Positions 23,103-34,539 of a stretch of DNA of 40,230 bases are shown here, piece after piece (within the stretch, counting starts at the first letter, position 1; each line of letters begins with the position of its first letter). The stretch is from Octopus sinensis (lineage: Eukaryota), in assembly GCF_006345805.1 (NCBI RefSeq), contig NW_021832941.1:1-40230 (forward strand). Direction: 5' to 3'. The notes under the pieces are model-generated. The model was not told the DNA's origin and did no database searches. It saw only the letters and a program-made list of their open reading frames with translations. A program made the position numbers and the translations under genes.

Positions 23103-23761
23103 GTGAGTGTGTGTAAAATTCCGTTTTTTCAAGACACGACGCCATGTATCGATTGCTAATTCAGTCTCATCAACGGGATCGGCATGCAAAAAAGTGTGTA
23201 TACATATGGAATTTTACAGAAGACAGCTTTTAACTATTTTATGTTATTAGCGATTTAATAATTAAAATAATAGTTAAGTATCCATGGTTACTGTTCAGTG
23301 TTTAAGTTTTACAGATTACAAGTTTGGAATCTGCAACAAGGAAACAAATTTAAAAATTTGCCGTCTTCTGTAATGTGTGCGCGCGTGAGTGTGTGTGTGT
23401 GTGTGTGTCTGTGTGTGTGTGTGTGAATACTAATGTATAGACATATACGCATATGCGTTTGTGCATGTGCATGTATATATGTAATTATAATACATACATA
23501 CGTGGGAATGATCTCTCTCCCTCTCTCTAATATATATATATATACATATACACATACATGTATATATATATACATATATATATACATGTATATATATATA
23601 TATATATAATATATATATATATCTAATATATATATATATGCGTCTATTTGTAAGTATATGAATATATGAATATGCATATGCACACACGCACATATATATA
23701 TAATTATATAAAATTTAAGAGGAATGTAAAAATACATGACGAAGGATATACATACATACAT

Positions 23762-23802
<41 letters not shown>

Positions 23803-24084
23803 AGCTTAGAGAAGAAGAAACGAAACGAAACGAATCGAATCGACGCAAGGGCGCTCAGTCATACATAGTGTAATAAATAAAAATATATGCATACATACAA
23901 ACATATATGTACGTACCTACATCTACATGTATATATACATGCATATATAATATATATACGTGTGTACAGGATACCACAAATAGACGTAGAACTCAACGAG
24001 AAACGAAAAAGTAAACACAGCACGGAACGGACCATTTTTTTAACAACGAAAAAACAGAGTACAAGACAACTACACAAGGAAAAA

Positions 24085-24160
24085 TCCCCTTCATCAGCTG
24101 TCCCTAGTTCAACTCCAGCGTGTTTCGAAGGAGAGGACAGAACACGACTCGTCGAACTAG
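24085..24160 (-). ncRNA. Candidate non-circularly permuted hammerhead ribozyme
   Basis: Minus strand CTAGTTC gacgagt CGTGT-T-CTGTCC tct CCTTC-GAAA-CACG ctggagtt GAACTAG GGACAG-CTGATGA-AGGGGA: complete core, perfect 5-bp stem III and 6-bp stem I, weak stem II, strand order not matching types I, II or III. Confidence 0.6.
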
Positions 24161-24357
24161 CCCTTCCTGCGAGAGAATTAAATAAAATTACTTCGCAGAG
24201 GGGTAAAAACAAGGAAGAAAAAAATGTGACACAGACAGGACGTAAAAACGATACAAATAAAATTACAAAATAAAATACAAAATAAAAATACAATTACAAA
24301 AAAATACAATACGGGAAATAAAAGCATACATATATATATGTATTTATATGTGTATAT

Positions 24358-24663
24358 ATCACGTGATCACGTGACCGACCAGTCCATCAGATGTAGTTAC
24401 ACATCGCTGGTCACAATGCGTTCGCATTGTTTTAGCCTTCGTATGACGCCACCCCGCTGGCTAAGCGAGCAGGCCAACAACAGAAGAAAGAGAGGAGAAA
24501 GAGTGAGTGTGAAGAGTACGGCAGGGATCACCACCCTTGCCGGAGCCTCGTGGAGCTTTTAGGTGTTTTCGCTCAATAAAACAACTCACAACGGTCTGGA
24601 ATCGAAACCGCGATCCTGCGACCGCGAGTCCGCTGTCCTAACCATTGGGCCATTGCGCCTCCA
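24358..24663 (-). mobile_element. SINE family C with a short tail ending in tandem CACGTGAT
   Basis: Minus head TGGAGGCGCAATGGCCCAATGGTTAGGACAGCGGACTCGCGG, B-box-like GGTTTCGATTCC, AAGCTCCACGAGGCTCCGGCA; tail ends TCACGTGATCACGTGAT. Confidence 0.85.
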
Positions 24664-25179
24664 CATGTGTATATATATGCATATATATCTGTATGTATGT
24701 GCATATATATATATATATATATAATTATATATATATTCATGCATACATATACTCATACACACACATCTATACATAATACATACATACATGCATAGATGCA
24801 TACATACACACACACACACGCACACACATACCTACATCGACAAAATGTCAACAATTCCTTTACAAATCTCGACAATTTTCCTCTCCTTGAAAGCTGAGTA
24901 CCAACACTAGAAACCGGAGTGAACCTGTTAGCATTGTTTAAATTCTCCTTTAGCGAAACATGTTGTTCTGTCACTTCCTTATGATAATATCAGTGGATCT
25001 AATCATACCAGTTCCATACTGTACACATTATCCGCCATATTGCTATGGTTTAATCTCTGTTATTTTAGTTGTTTTTCTTATGCATTCCGTTTAATCTACC
25101 TTTGTATCAGCTTAATGTGAATATTTCTGTTTGTATTTATGTATTTTGCGCATTTGCATGTATGAATCGAAGTAGGTGT

Positions 25180-25403
25180 TCATGTATGTATGTAAGTACG
25201 TACGTACGTATGTACGTTCATATTAGGTATGTATGTATGTATGTATGTATGTATGTATGTATGTATGTATGTATGTATGTATGTATGTATGTATTTATGT
25301 ATGTATGTGTGTATGTGTGTATGTATGTATGTATGTATGTATGTATGTATGTATGTATGTATTTATGTATGTATGTATGTATGTGTGTATGTATGTATGT
25401 ATG

Positions 25404-25437
<34 letters not shown>

Positions 25438-25447
25438 TGTATGTATG
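25180..25447. repeat. (TATG)n microsatellite
   Basis: Direct reading. Confidence 0.95.
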
Positions 25448-25799
25448 TGGAGGCGCAATGGCCCAGTGGTTAGGACATCGGACTCACGTTCGTGGGCGAG
25501 GTACGTGTTTATTGCGTGAAAGCATCTAAAGCTCCACGAGGCTCCGGCAGGGGGTTGTGGCGAACCCTGCTGTACTCTTTCACCGCAACTTTCTCTCACT
25601 CTTTCTTCCTGTTTCTGTAGTACCGGTATTTCAACAGGCCAGCCTTGTCACATTGTGTCACACTGAATCTCTCCGAGAGCTACGTTAAAGGTACACGTGT
25701 CTGTGGAGTGCTTAGCCACTTGCACGTTAATTTCACGAACAAGCTGTTTCGTTGATCGAATCAACTGGAACCCCTGTCGCTGTAACCAACGGAGTACCA
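25448..25799 (+). mobile_element. SINE family C (internal deletion in the B-box region)
   Basis: TGGAGGCGCAATGGCCCAGTGGTTAGGAC head; AAGCTCCACGAGGCTCCGGCAG; GTACACGTGTCTGTGGAGTGCTTAGCCAC shared with 11570-11863. Probably related to the known octopus tRNA-derived SINEs (OK/OR families); exact family not verified. Confidence 0.85.
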
Positions 25800-25829
25800 C
25801 GATGTATGTATGAATACATACATACATAA

Positions 25830-25896
<67 letters not shown>

Positions 25897-25917
25897 CACA
25901 CGCACATATATATACTG

Positions 25918-25960
<43 letters not shown>

Positions 25961-26715
25961 CTGTCTGTCTGTCTGTATGTATGTATGTATGTATGTATCT
26001 ACACATTCTCATGTATATGAATTTTGTGTGTGTGTGTGTGCTTAGTCTCTGTCATAAATGGCGTTTATTTCTGCTTCCTTTTTCATAAACAGTTAATCTT
26101 TCCGTCTCGTTCCAGATCCTTCTTATATTTTTACTTTATTTCATTTTTTCGTTTCCTTGTTTTTTTTTACTTCAACCATTGAGCAAACACATTATTCGTC
26201 TATTTATCTTTTCGACTTACACTTTACCTATTAGACATTTACAAAGTCCTTTCCCTTTTCCCTTACGTTTACTCCCTCAATCTCCCATTTCGTTTAGTTC
26301 ACTTATATTTCATTATTTATTTAATATAATTTAATTTCTTCTGCTATGTTTTTCTCATTTCCTCTCGTCATCTACTCAATGACTCCTTCGATACTACACT
26401 TATCATACACGAATCTCCCTCTCCTTCTCACTCCCGCTCTTTCTCTCGTTCCCTTCTTCGTTCATTCTGTGTTATTGTATCATGTTACCACTCTAAATTC
26501 GTCGGTGTATTATAGAGCTCTATTTTTCAGTTCTATCTTTCATTTTGATTTGTTCTATGTCTTCCTCTCTCACGCCCTTTTTCTTTTTTCTTCCTCTATA
26601 CATCACAGTCTGCTCACCCGAAAAGTCTCGCTTATATGCTGTTTCTAGGTTACAACTATTTCTCTCACAATCTCTCTCTCTCTCTCTCTTTCTCTCTATT
26701 TCTCTCTCTCCATCT

Positions 26716-26775
<60 letters not shown>

Positions 26776-27015
26776 ACACCATTTATATATATTAGCTTTC
26801 TCCTACTTACACCTCACTCAGAAGAGCCAATACTTTCTCGAAAGCAATTACAGAAAGAATCCCAAATCCTTTTAAATCCCGAGCAATGGAATTGATATTA
26901 CTGGTGTTCATCTCACCCGTTTAAACAATCAAAATATCTTGCTACTTTTTTTATTGTGATTTTAAATTTGTATTTCGCCTTTGAGTTGAAGCACCAGCGT
27001 TTAAGGCCATTATAC

Positions 27016-27418
27016 TTATTATTGCATTTGCGCAGCCTCTAACGCTGGAGATGTACTAGTGTCAGCTGTTCACTACCAGTGAACTACGGTAACACCTCTT
27101 ATTTCCCGAGAACCTTCCGGAGTTTTCGAGCGGTTCCAAGCAGTGCTGTTTTCTGAGAGTGCACCATCCTTATTTGCAGCCGCTATTTGTTCCACGTATT
27201 TCTCGAGATTTTTGCTCACTGTTCCCAGGGCTCCGACAATTATTGGTACTACTGCTACCTTTTTCATCAACCACAACAGCTCAACTCCCCAAGCTAACCT
27301 GTCATATCTCTCGACTTTTCTTTCTTCCTTATCGCATACCTTGTAGTTAGCTGGGAATGCTATATCTATGATCCAGCATAGTTTGTTTTCTTTCTCAATT
27401 AAGACTATGTCCGGCTTA

Positions 27419-27420
<2 letters not shown>
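27016..27420 (-). mobile_element. 5'-truncated Dong/R4-like non-LTR retrotransposon (restriction-like endonuclease C-terminus plus 3' UTR)
   Basis: KPDIVLIEKENKLCWIIDIAFP...KVERYDRL...VVPIIVGALGTV (PD-(D/E)xK RLE motif), a frameshift near 27160, then SQKTALLGTARKLRKVLGK* (stop 27099-27101); short 3' UTR ending CAATAATAAG. Confidence 0.85.
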
Positions 27421-27466
<46 letters not shown>

Positions 27467-27472
27467 ATTATT

Positions 27473-27503
<31 letters not shown>

Positions 27504-27508
27504 CCACC

Positions 27509-27542
<34 letters not shown>

Positions 27543-27547
27543 TCATT

Positions 27548-27588
<41 letters not shown>

Positions 27589-27593
27589 TATTG

Positions 27594-27630
<37 letters not shown>
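27421..27630. repeat. (ATT)n/(ATC)n/(ACC)n compound microsatellite
   Basis: Direct reading; directly abuts the 5' junction of the Dong/R4-like fragment. Confidence 0.95.
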
Positions 27631-27631
<1 letters not shown>

Positions 27632-27890
27632 CCACGCGTGAACTCACCTGCAACGTGCACATTGTTTTGTGGTTAGTCTTCGTAATGTTATTCAACTGTT
27701 GGTCTTGCGACAGAAATCCTCATTAACGTCATCAGCATCATCATCATCATCGCCATCGTTATCAACATCATTATTACAATTTCCATCGTTATTAAATTCC
27801 TCCTGCTTCGTAGATTTCGTGTTTTGTAAATTCCTTCATCCTTTACCCTTGTGACTAATAAAGGAAACACCAGCACAACAACAACAACAA

Positions 27891-27935
<45 letters not shown>

Positions 27936-28308
27936 GCTACTGAGGAGGAGGTCGACACATTCCTGTACAGAGGCAGGTGAGCGACGGAGAATAGCAATTG
28001 GATGTGTCATTCGTCTAACACAGCTGTCCTCAATTCCGCTGATCTTTCTCTCGCTTGTCTGTGTGTCCCTCACTCTGTCCCCTGTGTGTGTGTGGTATGT
28101 TTGCGTGTAGTAATAGTTACGAGATTTTCGTAGTGAGGTAGTCGTAGGAGCTATAAGGCATTGTGTGTCTATGTATGTGTGTATGTGTGTGTGTATGTGT
28201 GTGTGTGTGTATACATCCACACATGTATTCATATATTTTTTTTTCACTCATTTATAGAAACATACATATACATGTTATAAGGATAAATTTTAGGCATGTG
28301 CGTGCATA

Positions 28309-28341
<33 letters not shown>

Positions 28342-28534
28342 GTGTATGTATGTATATACATATATATATATGGGTGAGTGTGTGTGTATGCATACTTACT
28401 CACATATCGACATGTGGATGTATGCATGTTTCTATAAGTGTGTATTTATATATATATATATATATATATATTTACATACATACACACACGCGCACACATG
28501 CACATACATACATACACACCCAGAACACATATAT

Positions 28535-28668
28535 AGGCACAGGAGCTGTGTAGTAAGAAGCCTGCTTTCCAACTACATGGTTCCCACTGCGTGGCACCTT
28601 GGGCAGGTGTCTTGTACTATAGCCTCGGGCTGACAAAAGCCTTGTGAGAGAATTTGATAGATGGAAAC
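28535..28668 (+). mobile_element. SINE family B head only
   Basis: AGGCACAGGAGCTGTGTAGTAAGAAGC...GTGGCACCTTGGGCAGGTGTCTTGTACTATAGCCTCGGG...GATGGAAACT; no 3' body follows. Confidence 0.8.
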
Positions 28669-28687
28669 TATCACACATATAAGAACG

Positions 28688-28712
28688 AGATAGATAGATA
28701 GATAGATAGATA
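28688..28712. repeat. (GATA)n at the 3' junction of the Tx1-like LINE
   Basis: Direct reading. Confidence 0.9.
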
Positions 28713-29061
28713 TGTTTCTTTATTACCCACACAGGGCTGCACACAGATAGAACAAATTACAAGGTAGAGCTTTTCTTTTGGGGGTAAAAAAAGGGGGGGT
28801 TCGATCAAAAGGGATCGTAAAAGGAAAGAAAGAGGACAAAAAAGGGGGGGTTAAAAAAAAGGGGGAGAGGAAAAAAATTGATCAATAGGGATCGTTATCA
28901 ACAGAAATGTCAATATGAAGTGTAAAGGGGAGGACTGGTGAGGTTTACCCGTGGAAAGAAAAGCCTACGGAAAAGACCACGGTAACCTCGGTCAATGATC
29001 ACATGTTATATTCTTTTTTTTTTTTTTGCAAATAAGCACTCTCTGTATTAATTTTTACGGT

Positions 29062-32000
29062 TCATAGAATCATAGTCAAGGTGGCTTCGTCATTCATACG
29101 TGCCATCCTTGCTACATTCACCCATCTTTTTTTAAAACATTCACTAGACAAAACTTGCCTCTCTACTCTCACTTTCCTCTTCAAGTGATACTTGAAGAAG
29201 TTGATGAGAGATTGGACCAGAGACGAAAGTGTTTGTCTCTAATCCTTTCAGGCGCGTCCACCAGAACATTCTTTCGCCATAGCCACAAGTATGATAAAAT
29301 AGCTCTTCCTTCCCGTTTGAAGGAAGGAGGCGTGACGATATTAACGATAGACTCGGCTGATAAACCGACACGTCCCACACGTGACAGCAGTCGTTCGGCA
29401 TAAGTCCACAGGTCGGAAATTGCTGGACACTGCACGATTGCGTGCAGAGCGGTTTCGTCGCTCTGCCCGCATCTCGGGCAGGTCGGCCCCGTGTTTCTCG
29501 AGTCATGCCTATAGAGCTTATCCCGAACGGGTAGCGCTGCTCGTTAGCGCTTCTCGGTAGCACCGCCAGGCCAGGGATCTCTGGAAGTTATCCATAGGTC
29601 CCGGGCCGAAAGTCGTTTGAAACAGGCGGGTCAGGTATTCCTCGTCGACGCCCAGGTTTGCCCCAATCGTCGTCGTACTCTCCTCCACTAATCCCTATAG
29701 AATGCTTTGGTTGTGTTGAAGTCACTCAAGGTCGACCCGGGACGGCAGAGTTGCTTGAGAGCAACGCGACACACGCGGTGCCATTCGCCCTTCCTCGGCC
29801 TCTTTTTGATCTACGACTGCAGTTCGGTCATGGAGACGAGCTGCGGGAAAGCGTGCCTCACAAACGGCGACCACACCTGTTCACCGTCGTCTACATAGAG
29901 CCGGAGATGTCGCAGTCTCAGCGCGTGTCTGCGCATCATCAACCACGGCATGCCCAGCCCTCCTTTTAACGGGTGTTGACAGCAAATGGATCGCCTGACC
30001 ATCGGGACGCATCCTTTCCACAAGAAGCGGAAGAGAATGCTTTCTAGTTTGTTGAAGGTAGGGTCGGGACAAGGTACGACGGTCAGGAGGTAGTAGATGA
30101 TGGACGCGATGTACGCGTTCGCCACCTCCGCCCGACCTTTTAGGGACAGTTTCCTCTCGGCCCATTGCTGGGCGAGAGTGACCACCCTACTCGTTATCTC
30201 GTTCCAGTTCTTCTCCATTTGGAGGTCCGGACCGAACCAGATCCCGAGCAACTCAACCGGGCCGTCTGTCCAGCGTCCCACGACGGAGGTACTGGTGGAC
30301 GGCATGGGTTTGCTTCTCCAGGTGCCGAGCCGCAAGCCCACTGACTTTTCCCGGTTGATTTTTGCTCCTGTCACCGCTTCGTAGTCTTTCAGTGTCTCGC
30401 CGACCCGCTCGATGTGCTCGTGGCTTGACACTATGACGGTGACGTCGTCCGCGTATGCAGACACGCTCATCCCGCATCCCAATTCTCGCGGGATGCCCCT
30501 CAGAGTCGCCAGCTTCCGCAGTAATGGTTCGAGAGTCAATACGTATAGAAGCCACGAGAAGGGGGCATCCCTGACGGACCGAACGTGCAATGTCGAAAGG
30601 TCTTGATAGATGTCCATTTACGCGAATTACTGAATGGATGCCTCTGTACAAGGCAGCTATCCAGCCGCGGAAGACGGGACCGAAACCAGCCGCTCTCAGG
30701 ACTGCCTCCAAGTATCGATGGTCTACCCTATCGAAGGCTTTCGATTGATCCAAGTTGATCAGGGCCCCACCCATGCCAGGTTCGTTAACTACCCTGTCTA
30801 TGATGTAGTGCATCAGATGGAGGTTGTCATGGATGCTCCGGCCCGGCACGGCACACGTTTGTGCGTTGTCGACCAGTTTCTCGATGACAAGCGCCAACCT
30901 CTTGGCTAACACCTTTGTCAAAATTTTCAGGTCTGCATTGAGCAGAGTGATTGGTCTAAAGTTATCTATAATGTTCCCCTTGTTTAGATCTTTCTTCAGC
31001 AGTGTTACAGCTCCTCGATTCACAAAGCTCCCGTTTTGCTGCCAGTTGCAGTATACCGCTGCCAAGACGTCTCTAAACAAGTCTGGCATACAATTGTAAA
31101 ACTCGTAGGGCAGACCATCTAAACCCGGCGATTTGTCTCTCGAGCATTCTGCCATCGCGTCCTGCACATCCGCCGCCGTGATGGCACCTTCGCAGCACTC
31201 TGCCTCTCTTGCCGAGAGACGTGGTAGGGTGTGCAGGTAGGCACTGAAGTCCACCCTACGTTCACGCTCACCACTCGTCCCGTACAGTCGGGCAAAGTGC
31301 CGCTGAAATGTCTCGCACATCTTGCTGGGCTCGAGCAATTCGTGCCCCTGTTCATCTACCAGAGACCGAATGGTGGCTTTGTTGCCCTGCTGCGCCTCCG
31401 CCACCCGGGCCTCCCTCGCGGCTCCAACACCTTCCATCCTTAGAGCCCGCATCCTAGCCCTGACAGCACACCCTTCGTGTTTGGCGTTGAAGTCAAGGGC
31501 CAACCTTGCTGCCAAAAACGTCGGGTGTGATGCCGCTTCTTATTGCCTCTTCTAACTTCTTACCTAACTCACCCTCTACTCTATTTCTATCTACGGCTAG
31601 TGCCTTGCTATATCTTATTGCTTCCGCTTTTACTGCTCTCTTGAGGGCGAACCACCATTTGTTGTTGACAATGGCTCCCGTTAAAGCCCTTTTTACTAAC
31701 GTGTTGATTCTGTCTCTGAAAACTTGTCTGTACGGGAATGATGCATTCAGTTTCCAGTACCCAGGACCCTGTCTATGTGCCTTATCTAAGTCTAGCGTAC
31801 ACGTCACGAATTTGTGATCCGTGTAGCTGACTGTATGGAATTGTGGGCATCCTAAGTTATCCTTGTCTATTGTCCTACACAGTATCCTATCTAGATACGA
31901 TCTCGACGACCCACTGCGGTTGCTCCATGTCCACGTTGGTGCATTTGGGTGGTCGAGTCGGTACCTGTCAGACAGTTGGAATCGTCTGAGGCATTTGCAT

Positions 32001-32470
32001 CCCCTTCTGTTTTTGTCTCTCCCCACATAGTCTAGATGCGTGTCCAAGGTAGCATTCCAATCCCCCACTAAAAGTAAAGGACGCGACGTTCCCAGGAATA
32101 CTTCTAGACGTCGAAAGAAATCCGGCCGACCTGTTAAAGGCGGTGCGTAGACTGATACGAGTCGAAAAGCGCACCCATTGCTGCCGTGGGCATCCAGAAC
32201 GACCAGTCTACCCTCCGGGTCTACGAATATCGTCTTGACTTCGAGATCCAGGCTCTTGTGAAAAAGTACCCTGGTGCCACTACCGCCAATCCTCGGCAGA
32301 CAGGGAGCAAAATAAATGTTAAACTGTCCGCCAAACATGGACTTTAGGGCCCGTGGCTCGTGGAGTCTGGTCTCACTTATGGCTATGATTCCCAAATCGT
32401 GTGACTTTATGTCCTTGTTTCCAAGGAGACCCCAAGCCACGCGCATTCACACAACCAATCTTGACCACGA
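29062..32470 (-). pseudogene. LINE ORF2 (APE endonuclease, reverse transcriptase, C-terminal CCHC zinc finger), disrupted
   Basis: IGCVNARGLG, ISETRL, RLVSVYAP, LLVGDWNATL, SRSYLDRIL, YTDHKFV (APE); KSPGLDGLPYEFY, NFRPITLLNADLKI, LDQSKAFDRVDH, SVRQGCPL, AYADDVTV (RT); CPRCGQSDETALHAIVQC; stop at 29062-29064. Frameshifts near 32410, 31515, 30560 and 29540; premature TAG at 29811-29813. Confidence 0.93.
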
Positions 32471-32851
32471 TTCTATTGGGGTGTGTGCTTTAAAACACAA
32501 AAAGGAAAGTACAGAGAGTTACTTACTTGTGTCGAAAGTTTTGGCTTCCTCGTTCTTTGATGTGTCTTGGAGGAGGTTTTTATAAAGTTTTTGTGATAGG
32601 TATTTTTAGAACCCCCCAACAGCATTTGGAAAGAGGGCTTTGAGTGTGTGGTGTTCTGTCTGTGTGATGTGTAGTATTTTGATGTGTTTGGGTGGTGTAG
32701 TGCGTGGATGGTTGTTAGTTTTGAAGTCATCTTCACAGATGTTTGTGTGGGCTGTGATGTACTCCATTAGTTTTGAGTCTTTGGTGTCTATCGCTGATAG
32801 CATTTGTGTGTTTTTGTGGTGTTGGTGCTTGTTTGGTTGTGTATGGAGCTT

Positions 32852-34539
32852 TCAGGGTTCAGGTATCTCCCTGCTTTGGTTGCGTTTTCTTTGTTTTTTT
32901 TTTGGTCTTTTCCTTTTACCCCCTGTGGCTATTTGCCATTCCGTCGAGCTTTCGCCGTTGGACGACGAGTCCGAATCAGAAGAGGGTAAAAGCAAAGCGT
33001 TTGGATCTATATGTGTGTTTGTAGAAGGTGTTGTTGTTTTGTGTGGTGTTTGTGTTGTTGTGGTATTAGGGGCAGAATTTGTCTTTTCGTCATTGTTATT
33101 TGTTTTTTTGGTTGTTGTTCTTGGTGCTGGTGTTGGTGTTGGTCTGTCTTTGATGTGGTGGTGATGTTTGCTTCTTTGTTGGTTGCGATGTCGGAGGTAA
33201 TTCTCTTCTTGGTGATGTGGTTGGTGAGGGGGAAACAGTTTTTGTATCGTCCGCTGTTTTCCCTGTCTTTTGGGTTGAAGGTGTGTGGTGTGTAGCAGGG
33301 GTTTCCTTCCAGGTTTGGGGAGTGGTTGCTGTTGCCTATTTCTGACAGCAGTTGGGCACTCGTATCTAAGGTGTGCCTCACTGTTGCATAAATAGCATCT
33401 TGGTCTCCTGCCCTCCACTACTACACACATACATTTTTGGTCTTTTGCCAGTTGAAACACAGCTGGTAAATTGTTTATTGCTTCTTGGGAGATTTGAAGC
33501 AATATTTCGAGTTTTTTACCAGTCCAGCTTTTCTCTGGAATGTCAGCGGTTTCTAAAATATCTGCTTCTTCTATATCGAAGCAGATGGCCGATACCAGCC
33601 ACTGGGTATTCACCATTGGTGGCACATTATTTATTGTAACTTTCGTAATTCTGCGCCCAAGGTAGCTAGGTACCATTGTTACCTGGTCTGTGCGCAGAGT
33701 AAGGGTTGAAAACCTTCTTGCTAGTTCTTCCGTATGGAAGCGAACTTGCACGGTAGCAAATTTACTTCCCCAATTCACATAATTTCGGAATTTCCACACG
33801 GAAGAGAGGCACTTTTCAATTTTTCTTTAGGTAGGCTTTCTGGTCTTTTTGTTTTGGTGTTGAGTATTCTGTAAATGATGGTCTTCTTTTGTGTTTCTTC
33901 TATGATGTTCCGTGGAATATTTAAATGCATTGTGTCGCCTTCTTTGGTGAGCAAGGACTTTGTGTCTTGTATTTGTTGGTGAGTAAATTTTAGGATTCTT
34001 CTTTTCGGTCGTATGGCTTCCACGAAATTGTTTTTTGTGGAGGTGGTGGTGGTGGTGGTGGTGATGTTTGTGGCAGAGTCGTTCGTAGTAGTAGTAAACT
34101 GTGAAGTCGGGTTTTTTACCAGTTTTTGAGTGGAGGTCGCGATGTTAGCGCTCACGCTCACATTTGCGTTCGTGTTGTTTTCCCCCATTTCCCCTGCTTT
34201 ATGAAATTGTGGTAAAAGCAGTATGGGGAACTCAACGTCGTAAGCGTTGTCAAGGAGGGTGTCGGTGACAGGGATTGGCCTTGCGATCTTGGTTTTGTTG
34301 TTGTTGGTAGAGGAAGCAGTTGTCGTAGTAGAAGCTGCTATGGTGGTGGTGTCGGTGTTGATGGTGGTGACGGTGCTTGGCCTTACGACCTTTGTTTTAT
34401 AGTTGTTGCTGTTGTCGATGCTGATGGTGGTGGTGGTGGTGTTGTTGTCAGGTTCAGCGTATGCTAACAGGGCATCCTGCTTTTTTGTCTCTGCGTCACG
34501 CTTGACTTGTACCTCAGCCTCGTGGTGACCAGTGGCCAT
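32852..34539 (-). pseudogene. LINE ORF1 (T/N-rich N-terminus, RRM-like region, CCHC zinc knuckle), split by a 1-nt frameshift near 33800
   Basis: ORFs 33775-34539 and 32852-33799 join if one A is added to GAAAAATTG (..PKEKIEKCLSSVWKFRNY..); KFATVQVRFHTEELARRF; GRRPRCYLCNSEAHLRYEC. Short frames at 32473-32803 may be a further broken C-terminal part. Confidence 0.85.

Noticed and set aside
33775-33810. Programmed -1 ribosomal frameshift within ORF1 (and at ~31515 in ORF2)
   Set aside because: No canonical X XXY YYZ slippery site. Both are 1-nt homopolymer indels (mutation or sequencing error), and the element has other non-homopolymer lesions (deletion near 32410, 13-bp insertion, premature TAG).
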